From Pristiophorus japonicus (Eukaryota): DNA of 64,000 nt. The stretch is taken from contig NC_091999.1 of assembly GCF_044704955.1 (NCBI RefSeq), positions 50,158,001 through 50,222,000 of the forward strand, read 5' to 3'. This document shows, piece after piece, positions 13,030 through 25,574 of this stretch. The first letter of the stretch is position 1. Each line of letters starts with the position of its first letter. The notes under the pieces were generated by a model. It ran no database searches. It worked only from the letters and a program-made list of their open reading frames with translations, and was not told the origin of the DNA. Position numbers and translations under genes: made by a program.

Positions 13030-14500
13030 AGAACCCACATTTTATGGACTAGAAGTAACTGAATCAGGAAATGTATTATCTAACAATGTGTGTTTTTAAA
13101 TTGTGAATTGAAATCAAAAGATTTAAACATGAGCTTGAATCGATCAACTAGATTATGTGAAGGGAGATATTCACAGTTAATAGACAAAATTGGAAGAGAA
13201 TTAGTAAAGGATGTGTTAGTAAAGAATAGAACACAGGAACCAAGGGATGAGGAAGATGGGGAAAACAAGGAGAAGCTGTTTAATTCGACAGTAAAGTGAC
13301 AGCTGACAGGATAGCTCAGAATAGGAGCCACAGCAAGGTTAGCAGGAGTAAACAGAATAGATACAGAAAGTGAATGGGAACACGATGTGGCTTACTGGTG
13401 GTATTGTGTGTAGCCTCTGTGACATTTATGATGAATGTGGTACAGAAGGGACTAGACAAGAGAGAGAGTAATCAAATTCCTTTGTTTATTCATGAAGGAC
13501 AACTGAGAAAAAGGTTTCGGGGAACCAAGTCATAGGCTTTGATGTGATGCAGCCAATAGGAATGGGGATTTGTCCCCTAAGGAAGGAGAAAGAAGTGAAG
13601 ATATTAGACCAGTGGGATTGGTCTTGCCTTTGCTGAGGAAAAATAGAAATGAAACGAAACCTTGGACGGTGTATCGGGTAGAATCGTTTTCAAGGGTGGA
13701 AGACTGAGTTAGGTCCGATCCATAAACAGTGTGAGGAATATCCAAGATATCTGATTCAGAAGGGAGGAACTTGGATAGCACCAGATAAGCAGTGTTGTAC
13801 TCTGAAAGGAGCAACATGGCTGTAGCATTGACGGGGAAGGAGGTGATCTGTATAAAGAATTCGAAGGGGTAAGCTGCAGGACAAGTTATAACGAACCACA
13901 AAAGGCTGAAAACCAAGGGTGGGATAGGTGTATTGCCTGAAAAAGAAGGAATACAACTAAAGGGAGAGTGTACCCCAGCGATCGTTAGAGGAAATATACG
14001 GCGTATGACCTGAAGCGTGACATGGTAATAACACAGTGAAGCTGGTATTGATCGTGTGTAGTGTAAGCAAAAAGGAATTCGAGCTAAAATGTGGGGTGGG
14101 ACCCCAGGATCCTAGGAAAACTGGCCAGTGGGATAAAATGCAAGCTAAAATAAATGGAAAATTATTAAAAGAAAAGAAAAATGTTGGAAAAGCAAATTGA
14201 ATTTACAAAGGACAGTTAGTTTTTACCAAAAGATACAAATGCGAACTTGAAAGCTGCAGCAGCTTGAAAGAGAAACAAAGATGTTGAGGAAAATGGACTG
14301 GAGGAAGATCATCAAATTACAAAAACGAATTTGAAGAAATGAGATTTAAATTGGCTGTGAAAAAGATATTGGTTTAAATATAAAAACTTACGAGTTAAAC
14401 CCGACAAAGCTTTGTGCTGAGAAAGAGAAACAACGATGTTTAACGATGGACTGGAGTAAGGTCATCAAAAAATGATTAAGTTCCGATTCAAAAGGGGGAA
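13030..14500 (+). mobile_element. Decayed LTR-retroelement env-like remnant ending in a candidate polypurine tract
   Basis: Pieces across frames: FYGLEVTESGNVLSNNV; IGATARLAGVNRID; PVGLVLPLLR..PWTVYRVE (13609); EYPRYLIQKGGTWIAPDKQCCTLKGATWL* (13736-13825); hydrophobic LVLIVCSV at ~14042; AAAAGGGGGAA at ~14490. Confidence 0.45.
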
Positions 14501-15629
14501 AAGTAGTAAGCTAGGCGAACTCAGCACAGAAAGAAAAAACTGGGAGTTACAGAATTCTTAAAAACGATGGACCGGCACCGAAGTTTAGATTTTGTGCTGA
14601 GAGAAATAAAACACAAGATTTGCTCAGTAAACGGGATCGTAAAAAAACCAAACTGCTGGAATGTATATAGATTGCGTGGAAATTGGATTTCTGTAAACAG
14701 AATAGCTATTAAAAATGTGTGGTCTCGCTTTAAATCAATGAAAAACTCGTTGGCAAGTATTTGAATTGGATGTGTAGAGAAATTGGAGTTTAATCTAAAA
14801 TGCTGCCTTTCCTGATGAAAACGTTTTATTATGACAACTTTACTAATAATTTCTGCTATTTTAACGGATTCCTAATTTCTTATCAAGTTTTGAAAGCACA
14901 AAGACTTGGGGAAATATTTTCAGATGAATACCCGAAGTCACGTAATTACGTCAGACCTTCTTACAAACCTGTAGTGGAATTAACCCATTCCATTGACAGC
15001 TGTTTTATTTATACTGGACATTATCAGTTTGGATTTCTTAATAAAAGAAAGAAGACTTACCCGACAGACAGAGGACATGGTGGGATAGTCAGAATAAAAA
15101 TAAAATGAAGAAAGGCGATGCAATAATACTTGCCTGCTACAGAGGAGAGATAGATACTCAAACAAAACAAAAGTTAGCAGCCCGTCTGCCTGTGGACTGC
15201 AAATTTACAGAGCGACCTTCCTCACCCCGACCCTTTCGGCCCAGCAGACCATGCCAGAGTTTACTCCATCATCACGTCCTGATCTTAAACGGAGTGCACA
15301 AAGAGAGTGGTCAACATGGGAACGTAGGGAAAGTGAGATTCGGTGGTAAGTCCGTGGTGAGTCTAGCTGAGTATTAGCTGTAAGAAGGGAAATTTAGATT
15401 AAAGTTTTGAATTGAACTTAGAACTTTAAATACAGAAATTAGCAGAAACTGCCTGTTAGTAGTAGTTAACCACCAGTCAGCTGTAAGTGTTAGTCTGAAA
15501 TAGGTGCTAATTACTGCCAGCAATGGGCATGGAGCTGAGACAGCTCTTGTAATTTGTGTGTGGCTCCAAAGATATAAAACTAAACACTGACTTGTGATTC
15601 TCAGTGTGTTCTGCACAGTGATATTAAAC

Positions 15630-16860
15630 GGAATTTGGTGAGAGTTTGAATGGGAACAGTGGTTGAAGGAGGTGCTGCTTTGGCCTCCAAATTACAGCCG
15701 GTCGATGAACGTTTGGTGAGTATTACCTTTTTTCTCGAAGCTTGGTCTACACTAAGACCTGGGAGCAATAACAATACTTTATTAAATTAATAATTTAACT
15801 ATAATTACTAATTAATTAATATCATTATAAATAACCATTGAATAAAAACTAAGTAATTAAATTAATTCAGTGTGTAAATAAGCAAATAAATTTATAAAAA
15901 AATAACTAAAGATGGCAGGGTAGACAATGAGTCGAGACTGTAGTGTGTATGAGTTTGTGGACATCAAATCTGTCCCACTTTCCCACATCTGCAGGAAATG
16001 TCTCTGCTTTATTCACTCTGGCTCAGCGCAATTGGGCTGGAGTGCGAGTTCGACACACTCTGAAACACACAGGATAAGTGATATAATCCAGAAAACAGTC
16101 ACATCCCACAGAAAAACGCAGGTTCAGGAAAGTCCGTGGTTGATTGGGTGCCGTGTAGCGATAACTGAGGAGAGGCTGAGAATGAGATACTGCTCCTGCC
16201 CAACGATAAGGATAAAGATTGCGTGGAGGACATCCACAATACATACCAAGGTACGTCGCTCATAAGGTTGTCCACAGGCAGAGATAGGAAGAAATATTAA
16301 ACAATTACTTTGCATCAGTATTTATCAGGGAGTCAACACAGGTGGACATGACATTGGATGATATTAGAAATGAAATAAATGCATTTAAAATAACAAGAGG
16401 GAAAATATTATATAAACTAATCAAACCGAAATTGGATAAAATGCCGGCTTCGGACAAATTACATCGAGGGAAGAGATAGCAGAGGCATTAAGAAACATAT
16501 TTAATACTTCGTTAGAATAAAGTGCAGTGCCGGAGGATTGGCAGATACCTAATGTAACACCTATTTTTAAGAAGGGAGGTAGAACGTGTCTGAGGAACTA
16601 TAGTCCAGTCAACTTAACATCGTTGGGAGGAAAAATAATGGATTCCCTACTAAAGGAGAAGGTGGAAGAACAACTTGAAACCAAAAATGAATAGTCAGCA
16701 TGGATTATAAAAGGGAAAGTCTTGAATTGACCAAATTCTTTGAATTTTTCGAAGAAGTAACAGATAGCGTAAACTAACGTAATGTAGTAGATGTAATTTA
16801 TCTAGATTTCCAAAAGCCTTCGATAAGATACCCCATAATAGATTGAAAGGGCAGAACAAA
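15630..16860 (+). mobile_element. Old CR1, 5' UTR/ORF1 zinc-finger start plus ORF2 pieces
   Basis: DCSVYEF...HICRKC (CR1 ORF1 N-terminus); WQIPNVTPIFKKGG...NYSPVNLTS; YLDF. Confidence 0.75.
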
Positions 16861-17339
16861 AATTATAATTACAATTAATAATAATAATTGGGATGTTTTA
16901 AAATGGAGTTAGCAGATTTTTAAAATGGATCCCACAGCCTGTTTTTCAATCAATGGGAAGCATGTGTGGGATGCCATCCGCAGAGGGTCAGATGTTCCAA
17001 TGCGTAGACCAAAGGTCTTGGGAGCTGGGCACAGACACAGATAACATCGAATTTGAATTCTGTAATACGATACAAGTTAAATAAAAAGAATCATAACAAC
17101 ACGTATCCTGAATTAATAATTAAACCTATAGAGGCCAGATTGGAGGAAGCAACCTACCAGATAATCATGTATTAATCAATCAGCACGTATTAATTGTAAC
17201 TTGCCTATTTAAGTAAGACTATAATCTGAAACTTTATAAAATAAGATGTCTCTGGCAGTTTCTCTGAGCATTCCTTCAAGGGTAGCTCACCTGTCAGCTT
17301 GTATCTCCGAGTGGTGGTTTGAAGTTAACTCTAACAACG

Positions 17340-17357
17340 TGGCGCAGTCAACAGGAT
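17340..17357 (+). other. Primer-binding site complementary to the tRNA-Ser 3' end
   Basis: TGGCGCAGTCAACAGGAT vs TGGCGTAGTCGGCAGGAT expected for GTAGTCG-type tRNA-Ser+CCA (15/18), just after a CA dinucleotide. Confidence 0.8.
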
Positions 17358-19591
17358 CTATTCGACGGGCAGATTAGACTCAAAAAGCCAAACCAACCGA
17401 ATAACGAGTGAGTAGAGAATTACCTTGAGAAATTCTCCTCGCAAAGTAACCAGATATCCAACGAATCTGAGGTAGAGTCCATGCAGCCAGTAAATCCAGT
17501 TGAGGGGCGCGTCAGGACAATGTAAATAAGTACTCTAATTGTTGGGACAATAAGTACGCATACGGGATATCGGGGAAAAAGCCTCAGTGTAAATATTTCC
17601 GCATAATTAAAGGTGGAAAAACAGCACTAGTTAAAAAGCATTGGTTTAAAAAGTTCTGCTTAAGTAAAGATGGTAAAACAGGAACTGGGGAAAAAGCCCC
17701 AATGTCTGAAATGGCAAAGGAATCTGCCAAGGCCCTTGGAGGGCTTCGGTATAAACTACCAGAAGAGTTTCTGAGAGATACATCTGAAAAGGTCATAGAG
17801 ATGGTTAAGGCAGGATATGATGAAGGGAAAAAGATAATTTTAACAGCCGGAAAGATGAATAGAAAGATACCCGAAGGTGAGATGGACAGAGAAAGTGACA
17901 AAAGACAACAGGATGTAAGTATAAAAATAGATATAGATGACAGAAGAGAATGGACAGAGGAATTTGGCCCAAATTTGTATCCCACACTAACAGGGTTATG
18001 ATTAGGACTGAGGAAAATAAAGGATTGATTGGGGGCCAGAAGGCTCGCTGAGTAGATATTTTTCGTAAGTCCATAACACAAAATGTTAGTGACTATCTTA
18101 AGTGAAGTATGGATCCAAAAATAGAGCCGGCCAAACAATAAGCTTTGTTGAATGAAGAGAGACTTTTGTGAATGTCTGTCTTTGAATGAAAGTGCTTGTG
18201 TGATTTTTGGCTGCGAAATATTTGAGGTGGGAATTAATGAATTTTTCATGTGTCTGTAAGCCTGCTTCAGAAAGTGGTAGAGCTGTCTGTTGTTATGGCT
18301 CCACCCACTTTTTCAGAAAGAGTGATTTGTTTTAACCCTTTGCAGTGTTGTCCTGTATGAAGGAAGTTTTAAGAAAGTGTGAACCTAGATTTGAATTACA
18401 TTTTAATTTAGAAACCCAGGTGTGGATTTATTCAGATGATATGTTATGGAGCTAGGAAATGCACAAAGGATAGGTTTGTTGAGCAAAAGATAAAAAATGT
18501 GTGGTCCCGATGGTTTAAAAAAAACATTTCGACACGCTCACTTGTCAAAAGAAAACATGTAATCATTGATTACATTTGTTTGAAAGACAATACATTTCGT
18601 CTAGGAATGAGATAAAGAACGGAGAAGGGAAATTGTAATGCCTTAAAAAAAGAATCCTGCGTGGGTGACTCAAGGCTGCGGTCTTGGGAAGTACGCCCCC
18701 ATATTTCTTTGTGTAAAATCTTCATGCGAAAGCTTCGAGCTCAGTAAAAATATTTTTAAATAAAAGATTGGCATATTTGAATTGGGATTTTGAGATATTT
18801 GTGGTGATTCTCCTTGATAAACATTTTGGTTGTATTGGAAAATCTTGGGTTTGGAAGACTTTTAATAAAAGTAAACATACTGCGGCAGAAGCTGAAGCTT
18901 TAAATAATTACATTTATGAGATACTGTATCACAAAATTGCAGTTACAGCGCAAAAGATTCGAGTTTCTGATGTTCAGCTTCTAAAGCAGAAGTGAGGCAC
19001 ATAATTATAAAAAAAGTAATTTGCATTCTGTGATCTGTGAATCACTATAAGCATAAATGATAAGTCCGATTAAAAAACAGTATTATCATATTTGACATTT
19101 CATAATCCAACAATAAATACAAATACTACAAAAAGGGAGCAGAAATTAGGATGGAAGCAGTGAAGAGTTAATTTTGTTGTGAAGATTTCAAGTACAACTA
19201 TTTAAGAAAATACGCAACAAAATTAGATACATTTAAAATCAAAAGTTAAATCTGATCTCTTAAAAAAAAGAAATAAAACTATAATGTTTGGAAACAATGT
19301 AGAAATACCTTCAGGGATCAGGTCAAACTCCTGGGCAAGTGGGGAGCTATCTGCGAAATTGCAAAAGGAATTTTGAAAAAAATTAAAGATTAAAATGGCA
19401 GGCTTTAGCACTTTAGAACAAAGGAAAATATAAGTTGAACTTGTGACTTCAGATACGGTGGTTGAAGAACCATAGAAACTGAGACGTAAAGGCTATGAAA
19501 CTGGAGCATTTGAGACAACAGAAAGCAGTTATCAAAGCCTACGTGCTAGACTCTGTTCTAGTAATGAAAAATACATTTGAGATAATGGAAA

Positions 19592-19840
19592 GCAGGATGT
19601 AAACTAAATCCCAAAAAGGCACAAATCGTACAATTTGTGGTACAGTACCTGGGACACGAAATATCCCAAGGAAATCGGACCATGTCCAATGTCGGGAAGG
19701 AGGGCATTAGGATTATGCCCCGACCAAAACCAGTCTGAGGGGTTTGTAAGGTACTGGGGTTCTTTAGCTATTGTAGGAATTTTGTGCATAACCACAGCAA
19801 TTGCAGAACCAATACAGTGGCTAGTGAAAGGAAAATCCGG
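19592..19840 (+). pseudogene. pol: Retroviral pol fragment (RT palm end and thumb)
   Basis: AGCKLNPKKAQIVQFVVQYLGHEISQG...MPRPKPV*GVCKVLGFFSYCRNFV, then a frameshift to AIAEPIQWLVKG; matches the KKAQI..V.YLG and LG...YCR motifs of LTR/retroviral RT. Confidence 0.88.
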
Positions 19841-20129
19841 TTGAAATGGAAATGGTAAGACTCTAACTAAAACCTGGAATATCCAAGATGTGCTTTATCA
19901 ACAGAATATAAACGTGATCATCACCTTCCTTCCGATTCTACAAGGACAAGCTACAAGGCCGCCCCGAGGGGGCCCAGAAGCATTTAACCACAGCGGAGGG
20001 TACAACAACTACATAAAGCAGCATCTAGGGGGCGGCATCTAAGTGTCGGGAGCGTTTGTCTTGAAGCCATAAGATAAGTGTGTAAAAAATGTTACCTGAA
20101 TATTGTAAACCAGGGGAATTAACCTTGGG

Positions 20130-20768
20130 AAATAGTTAAACCTGGAACAGAAGTAATGTTGTTATTTGACAATGTGTAGCATGAAATGTTACCTGTGAGC
20201 ATAAATTAATCAGCCAGAAAAAAATAACCACAAGACTAAAGCGTTGTAAATACGATTGCTAGACACAATCCTGAGAATATCTAGCGACGCATCAGGAGCA
20301 AGGGAGTAACACAAGAAGCTGAGACACAAAGAAGGAAGACAGAGGAGATATACAGCGAATGACGTCTTAACTTTAAAGGGACATCTCTAGTAGTTGCACC
20401 AGATATAGAGGCGATCCAGGCAGGTGTAGAAAGTTTGAGGGGAACAACGGAGTTACTAATCAGGAAACAGGCCAGGATTGGGATAGAATCTTCAGAGTTA
20501 GGATCTAAAACATCCCAAAAAAATGCTAGAGCGTGTAGCCGTATTGGAAGGCCATGCACGAAAAATTAACGAGCAAAATAAGCAGGAATTGAGAGGACGA
20601 TGCCGAGGACAGGAAAAGAGACACATGTCATGCTGATGGGAGATGGATGATTGGTCAGGTGAGACACGATATGGATCAGATACAAACCGGGCGAGTTACA
20701 GGTACAATAAATAGCACCCAGTTGAAAGAAATGGCACAGCACACTGGGCCATTAGATGCATGCACCCT
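20130..20768 (+). pseudogene. env: env remnant (furin site, fusion-peptide-like and heptad-like segments)
   Basis: EIVKPGTEVMLLFDNV*HEMLPVSIN; RQRR at 20337-20348 then YTANDVLT; frameshift to GTSLVVAPDIEAIQAGVESLRGTTELL; MLERVAVLEGHARKINE; WMIGQVRHDMDQIQTGRV. Confidence 0.6.
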
Positions 20769-23700
20769 GAAACATAGAAACATAGAAACATAGAAAACTG
20801 TTGCGGGAATAGACCATTCGCCCCTTCGAGCCTGCACCAACATTCAATAAGATCATGGCTGATCATTCAACTCAGTACCCCTTTCCTGCTTTCGCTCCAT
20901 ATCCCTTGATCCCTTTACCTTAAGGGCCATATCCAACTCCCTCTTGAATATATCTGATGAACTGGCATCAACAACGTTCTGCAGAAGAGAATTCCACAGG
21001 TTAACAACTCTCTGAGTGAAGAAGTTTCTCCTCATCTCGGTCCTAAATGGCTTATTCCTTGTCCTTAGATGTGACCACTGGATCTGAACTCCTCCAAAAT
21101 CGGGAACATTCTTCCTGCATCGAACTTGTCCAGTCCCATCAGAATTTTATATTTTTCTAAGGTCCCCTCTCAAGCGTCTAAACTCCAGTGAATACAGACC
21201 CAGTCGATCCTATCTCTCCTCTGATGTCAGTCCTGCCATCCCGGAAATCAGTCTGGTGAACCTTCGCTGCACTCCCTCAATAGTAAGAACGTCCTTCCTC
21301 AGATTAGAACAAAACTGAATACATTATCCCAGGTGAGGCCTCACCTAGGCCCTGTACAGCTGCAACAACACCGCTCTGCTGCTATATTCAAATCCCCAAG
21401 ATATGGGGCCAACATGCTATTTGCCTTCTTTCTGTCTGCTGCACCTGCATGCCAACCTTCAATGATTGATGTACCATGACACCCGGATCTCGTTGCACTT
21501 CCCCTTTGCCTAATCATCCGCCATTCAGATAACATTCTGCCTTCGTGTTTTTGCCAAGAAAATGCATAACCTCACATTTATCGTTATTACACGACATCTG
21601 CCACGCAATTGCCCACTCACCTAACCTGTCCAAGTCACCCTGCAGCCTCTTAGCATCCTCCTCACATATCACAACGCCATCCAGCATCATGTCATCTGCA
21701 AAATTGGAGATATTAGACACAATTCCTTCATCTAAGTCATTGATGTACATTGTAAATTGCTGGGGACCCAGCACTAAGCCATGCGACACCCAACTAATCA
21801 TTGCCCGCCATTGCGAAAAGAACCCGTTTATCCCGACTCTGTCAGCCAGTTCTCTATCCACATCAATACATTACCTCCAATGCCATGTGCTTTAATTTTG
21901 CACACCAACCTCTTGTGTGGGACCTTGTCAAAAGTCTTTTGTAAGTCCCACTACACCACATTCACTGGTTCTCCCTTGTCCGCTCTACTAGTTACATCCT
22001 CACAAAATTCTAAAAGATTTGTCAAGCATGATTTCCCTTTCATAAATTCATGCTGATTTGGACTGATCCTGATAGTGCTTTCCAAATGTGCTGCTATTTC
22101 ATCTTTAATAATTGATTACAATATTTTCCCCACTACTGATGTCAGGCTAACTGGTCTGTAATTACCTGTTTTCTCTCTCCCTTCTTTTTCAAAATGTGGT
22201 GTTACATTCGCTAACCTCCAGTCCATACGAACTGATCTATAGTTGATGGACTGTTAGAAAATGATCACCAATGCATCCACTATTTCTCGGGCCAATTCCT
22301 TAAGTATTCTGGGATGCAGACCATCAGGCCCCGGGGATGTATCGGCCTTTAGTCCCATCAATTTTCCGAACAAAATTTCCCACAAATAAGGATTTCCTTC
22401 AGTTCCTGCTTCTCACTAGCCCCTCGGCCACGTACTATTTCCAGAAGGTTATGCGTGTCTTCCTTCGTGAATGCAGAGCCAATGTATTTGTTCAACTGGT
22501 CTACCATTTCTTTGTTCCCCATTATAAATTCACCTGAATCTGACTGCAAGGGACCTACGTTTGCCTTCACTAATCTTTTTCTCTTCACATATCTATAGAA
22601 GTGTTTATGTTCCCAGCAAGCTTCCTCTCATACTCTATTTTCCTCCTCCGAATTAAACCCTTTGTCCTCCTGTGCTGAAATCTAAATTTCTCCCCGTCCT
22701 CAGGTTGATGCTTTTTCTGACCAATTTATATGCCTCTTCCTTGGATTTAACACTATCCTTAATTTCCCTTGTTAACCACGGTTGAGCCACCTTTCCCGTT
22801 TTATTTTTTTTACTCCAGACAGGGATGTCCAATTGTTGAAGTTCATCCATGTGATTTTAAATGTTTTCCATTGCCTATCTGCCATCAACCCTTTAAGTAT
22901 CATTTCCCAGTCTATTCTAGCCAATTCATGTCTCATACCATCGAAGTTACCTTTCCTTAAGTTCAGGACCCCAGTCTCAGAATTAATTGTTTCACTCTCC
23001 ACCTTAACAAATATTTCTACCTTATTATGGTTACTTTTCCCCAAGGGGCCTCACACAACAAGATTGTTAATTAGTCCTTTCTCATTACACATCAACCAGT
23101 CTAGGATGGCCAGCCCTCTAGATGGTTCCTCGACATATTGGTCAAGTAAACCATCCCGAATTCACTCCAGCAAATCCTCCACCGCATTGCTACCAGTTTG
23201 GTTAGTCCAATCTATATGTAAATTAAAGTCGCCCATGATAACTTCTGTAGCTATATTGCACACATCCCTGCTTTCTTGTTTGATGCTGTCCCCAAACTCA
23301 CTACTATTGTTTGGTGATACACAACTCCCACTAGCGTTTTCTTCCCTTTGATATTCCGCAGCTCCACCCACACAGAATCCACGCGAATGTCCTTCCTTAC
23401 TATTGGGTTAATTTCCTCTTCAACCAGCTATGCCACCCCACCTCCTTTTCCTTTCTGTCTATCTTTCCTGATTGGTGAATATCCCTGGATGTTGCGTTCC
23501 CAGCCTTCGTCACCCTGGAGCCATTTCTCTGTGATGCCAATTACATCATATTCATTCATTGCTGCCTGTGCAGTTAATTTGTCCACCTTATTACGAATAC
23601 TCCTCGCATTGAGGCACAGTGCCTTCAGGCTTGTTATCTTAACACACCTTGTCCCTTTATAATTTTGCTGCAAAATGGCCCTTTTTGATTTTTGCCTTGG

Positions 23701-24055
23701 GTTTCTCTGCCCTCCACCTTTACTTTTCAGCCCCCATTTTACTTCCCTCTGTCTCCCTGCATAGGTTCCCATCCCACTGCCATATTAGTTTAACCCCTCC
23801 CTAACAACACGAGCAACTCTCCCCCGTGGACATTGGTTCTGTCCAGGTGCAGAGCGTCTGGTTTGCACTGGTCCCAGCTCCCCCTGAACCGGTTCCAATG
23901 TCCCAGGAAATTGAATCCCTCCATTCTGCACCACACATTCATCTGAGCTATCCTGCGATTCCTACTCTGACTAGCAGGTGTCAGTGGTAGCTATCCTGAA
24001 ATTGCTACCTTTGATGTTCTATTTGTTAACTTAGCTGCAGGATCCCTAAATTCAG
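20769..24055 (-). mobile_element. CR1, near-complete ORF2 plus end of ORF1, disrupted
   Basis: (CATAGAAA)n tail at ~20770; CLNARSIRNKVDKL (ORF2 start), IMGDFN, NFADD, RRNFFTQRVVNLWNSL. Confidence 0.93.
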
Positions 24056-24267
24056 CTCATAATTCCTCAGACAGAGTGAGTCAGACTCAAACACAAACAC
24101 ATAAAGAGCTCTCTTAACACAGAGAGTGAGAGGCACAGAAACATTGCATGATCCCATTTCTTTGTCAGTTGAGAATGTTATAAAATTATCGACATGTACA
24201 GATTCAACAGAATACATTTGCGTATTACTGAGCAGGATGGGAGGAAATCGGTTTGAATTTAAAGATT

Positions 24268-24351
24268 TACCAAGAGTGGGGTATCGAACCCACACAGCTA
24301 TACACCCAGTGGATTTTATGTCCAACGCCTAACCCACTCGGCCATCCTGGT
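24268..24351 (-). pseudogene. tRNA-Leu(TAA) pseudogene
   Basis: ACCAGGATGGCCGAGTGG body; U33>A, anticodon-stem mismatch, altered T loop. Confidence 0.85.
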
Positions 24352-24778
24352 TTTGTCAGTATTCGGATTTTGTCTCTGTGAGAATCTGGGCTGCAGATCC
24401 ACTCTCACAGACATCGGTTTTCAATGAGCATTTTCAAACATTTGTAGTAATATTGACACAGGGGCAACTCTCCTATTCTTTTTCGAGTAATGCTCTGGGA
24501 ACTTTCACATCTACCCGAGGGTGCAGACGGAGATTCAATTTAACATTTCATCCGAAAGTCAACAGCTTCAACAATGCAAAATTGCCCAAGTACTGCATTT
24601 GAGCGTCAGCCAAGATTATATGCTCAAGTCTCAAGAGTCGGACTGACACACACAACCTCCTGATTCAGCCGAGAATGCTGCCACTGAACCAAAGCTCACA
24701 TCCGTATTACTTTCCACAAGTCTTTTTCTAAAGTTCCAGGACATTTTGAAGCAATATTCAACATTTTGAAAAAGCTCC

Positions 24779-24850
24779 ACCCTCGTCAAGGTATTGAACC
24801 CCGACCTCACGCGTAATAGGAAGGGATACTAACTACTACACTAACGAGGA
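24779..24850 (-). pseudogene. tRNA-Asp-derived pseudogene
   Basis: TCCTCGTTAGTGTAGTAG... body; anticodon reads ATT; stems broken. Confidence 0.8.
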
Positions 24851-25574
24851 ACTGACGGGCATTTGTTTTGTCAGAGCAGGAATCGAGCTGTGAACAGAAC
24901 TGGACACCATGAAAAGGCGACAGGCACTTTGAGAGACAGAGACTTCCGACAAACAGGGAGAGACAGACAGCGAGATAGAGACAACGCGAGACAGAAAGTA
25001 TGAGACTGAGAAGGAGAGGCAGACTGAGTGAGAAAAAGACACAAACACACACATATACAGAGATGTGTGTGTATGTGCTCTTTAAAGAGAGAGAGGGAAA
25101 GAGTGAGAGAAAGACAGTGACAAAGACAGTGACAAAGAGAGAGACAGAGAAAGAGTGAGCGACAGATAGAGAGATAGACAGAGATATAAACAGAAATTGA
25201 TGGAAATACTCAGCAGGTTAGAGGCAGTAACTAACAGAGACAGGCAAAGAGAGAGACAGGTAGAGACATGGACAGACAGAGATGATGGGAATGAGAGCGA
25301 CAGTCAGACAGAGAGACTGAGTGAATCCCATTGGAACAGAACTGGACATCGTGAGAAAGAGACAGATACGTTGAGAGACAAGGAAACAGGGAGAGACAGA
25401 CAGCGAGAAAGAGACAAAGAGAAACAGAGACTTTGAGACTGAGATGGAAGGTCAGACTGAATAACAGAAAGACTCAAACACATACATATACAGAGATGTG
25501 TTTGTGTGCTCCATAAAGAGAGGGAGGCAAATAGTGATGGAATGGCAGGCACAAAGACAGGAACAAAGAGAGAG

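Larger units (their letters stand above)
16870..20768 (+). mobile_element. Internally deleted endogenous retrovirus/LTR element (candidate 5' LTR, PBS, leader ORF, pol and env remnants)
   Basis: ...CTAACA (17336), 3 nt, then PBS; RT motifs at 19592-19840; env-like sequence at ~20130-20768, cut by a CR1 tail. The 5' LTR start is not defined. Confidence 0.8.

Noticed and set aside
14501-15350. Candidate 3' LTR after the purine tract, pairing with 16870-17336
   Set aside because: No TG start and no visible similarity between the two regions, so no LTR pair can be claimed
17584-18249. 221-aa hydrophobic minus-strand ORF
   Set aside because: Antisense shadow of a purine-rich plus-strand ORF in the LTR element; no motif
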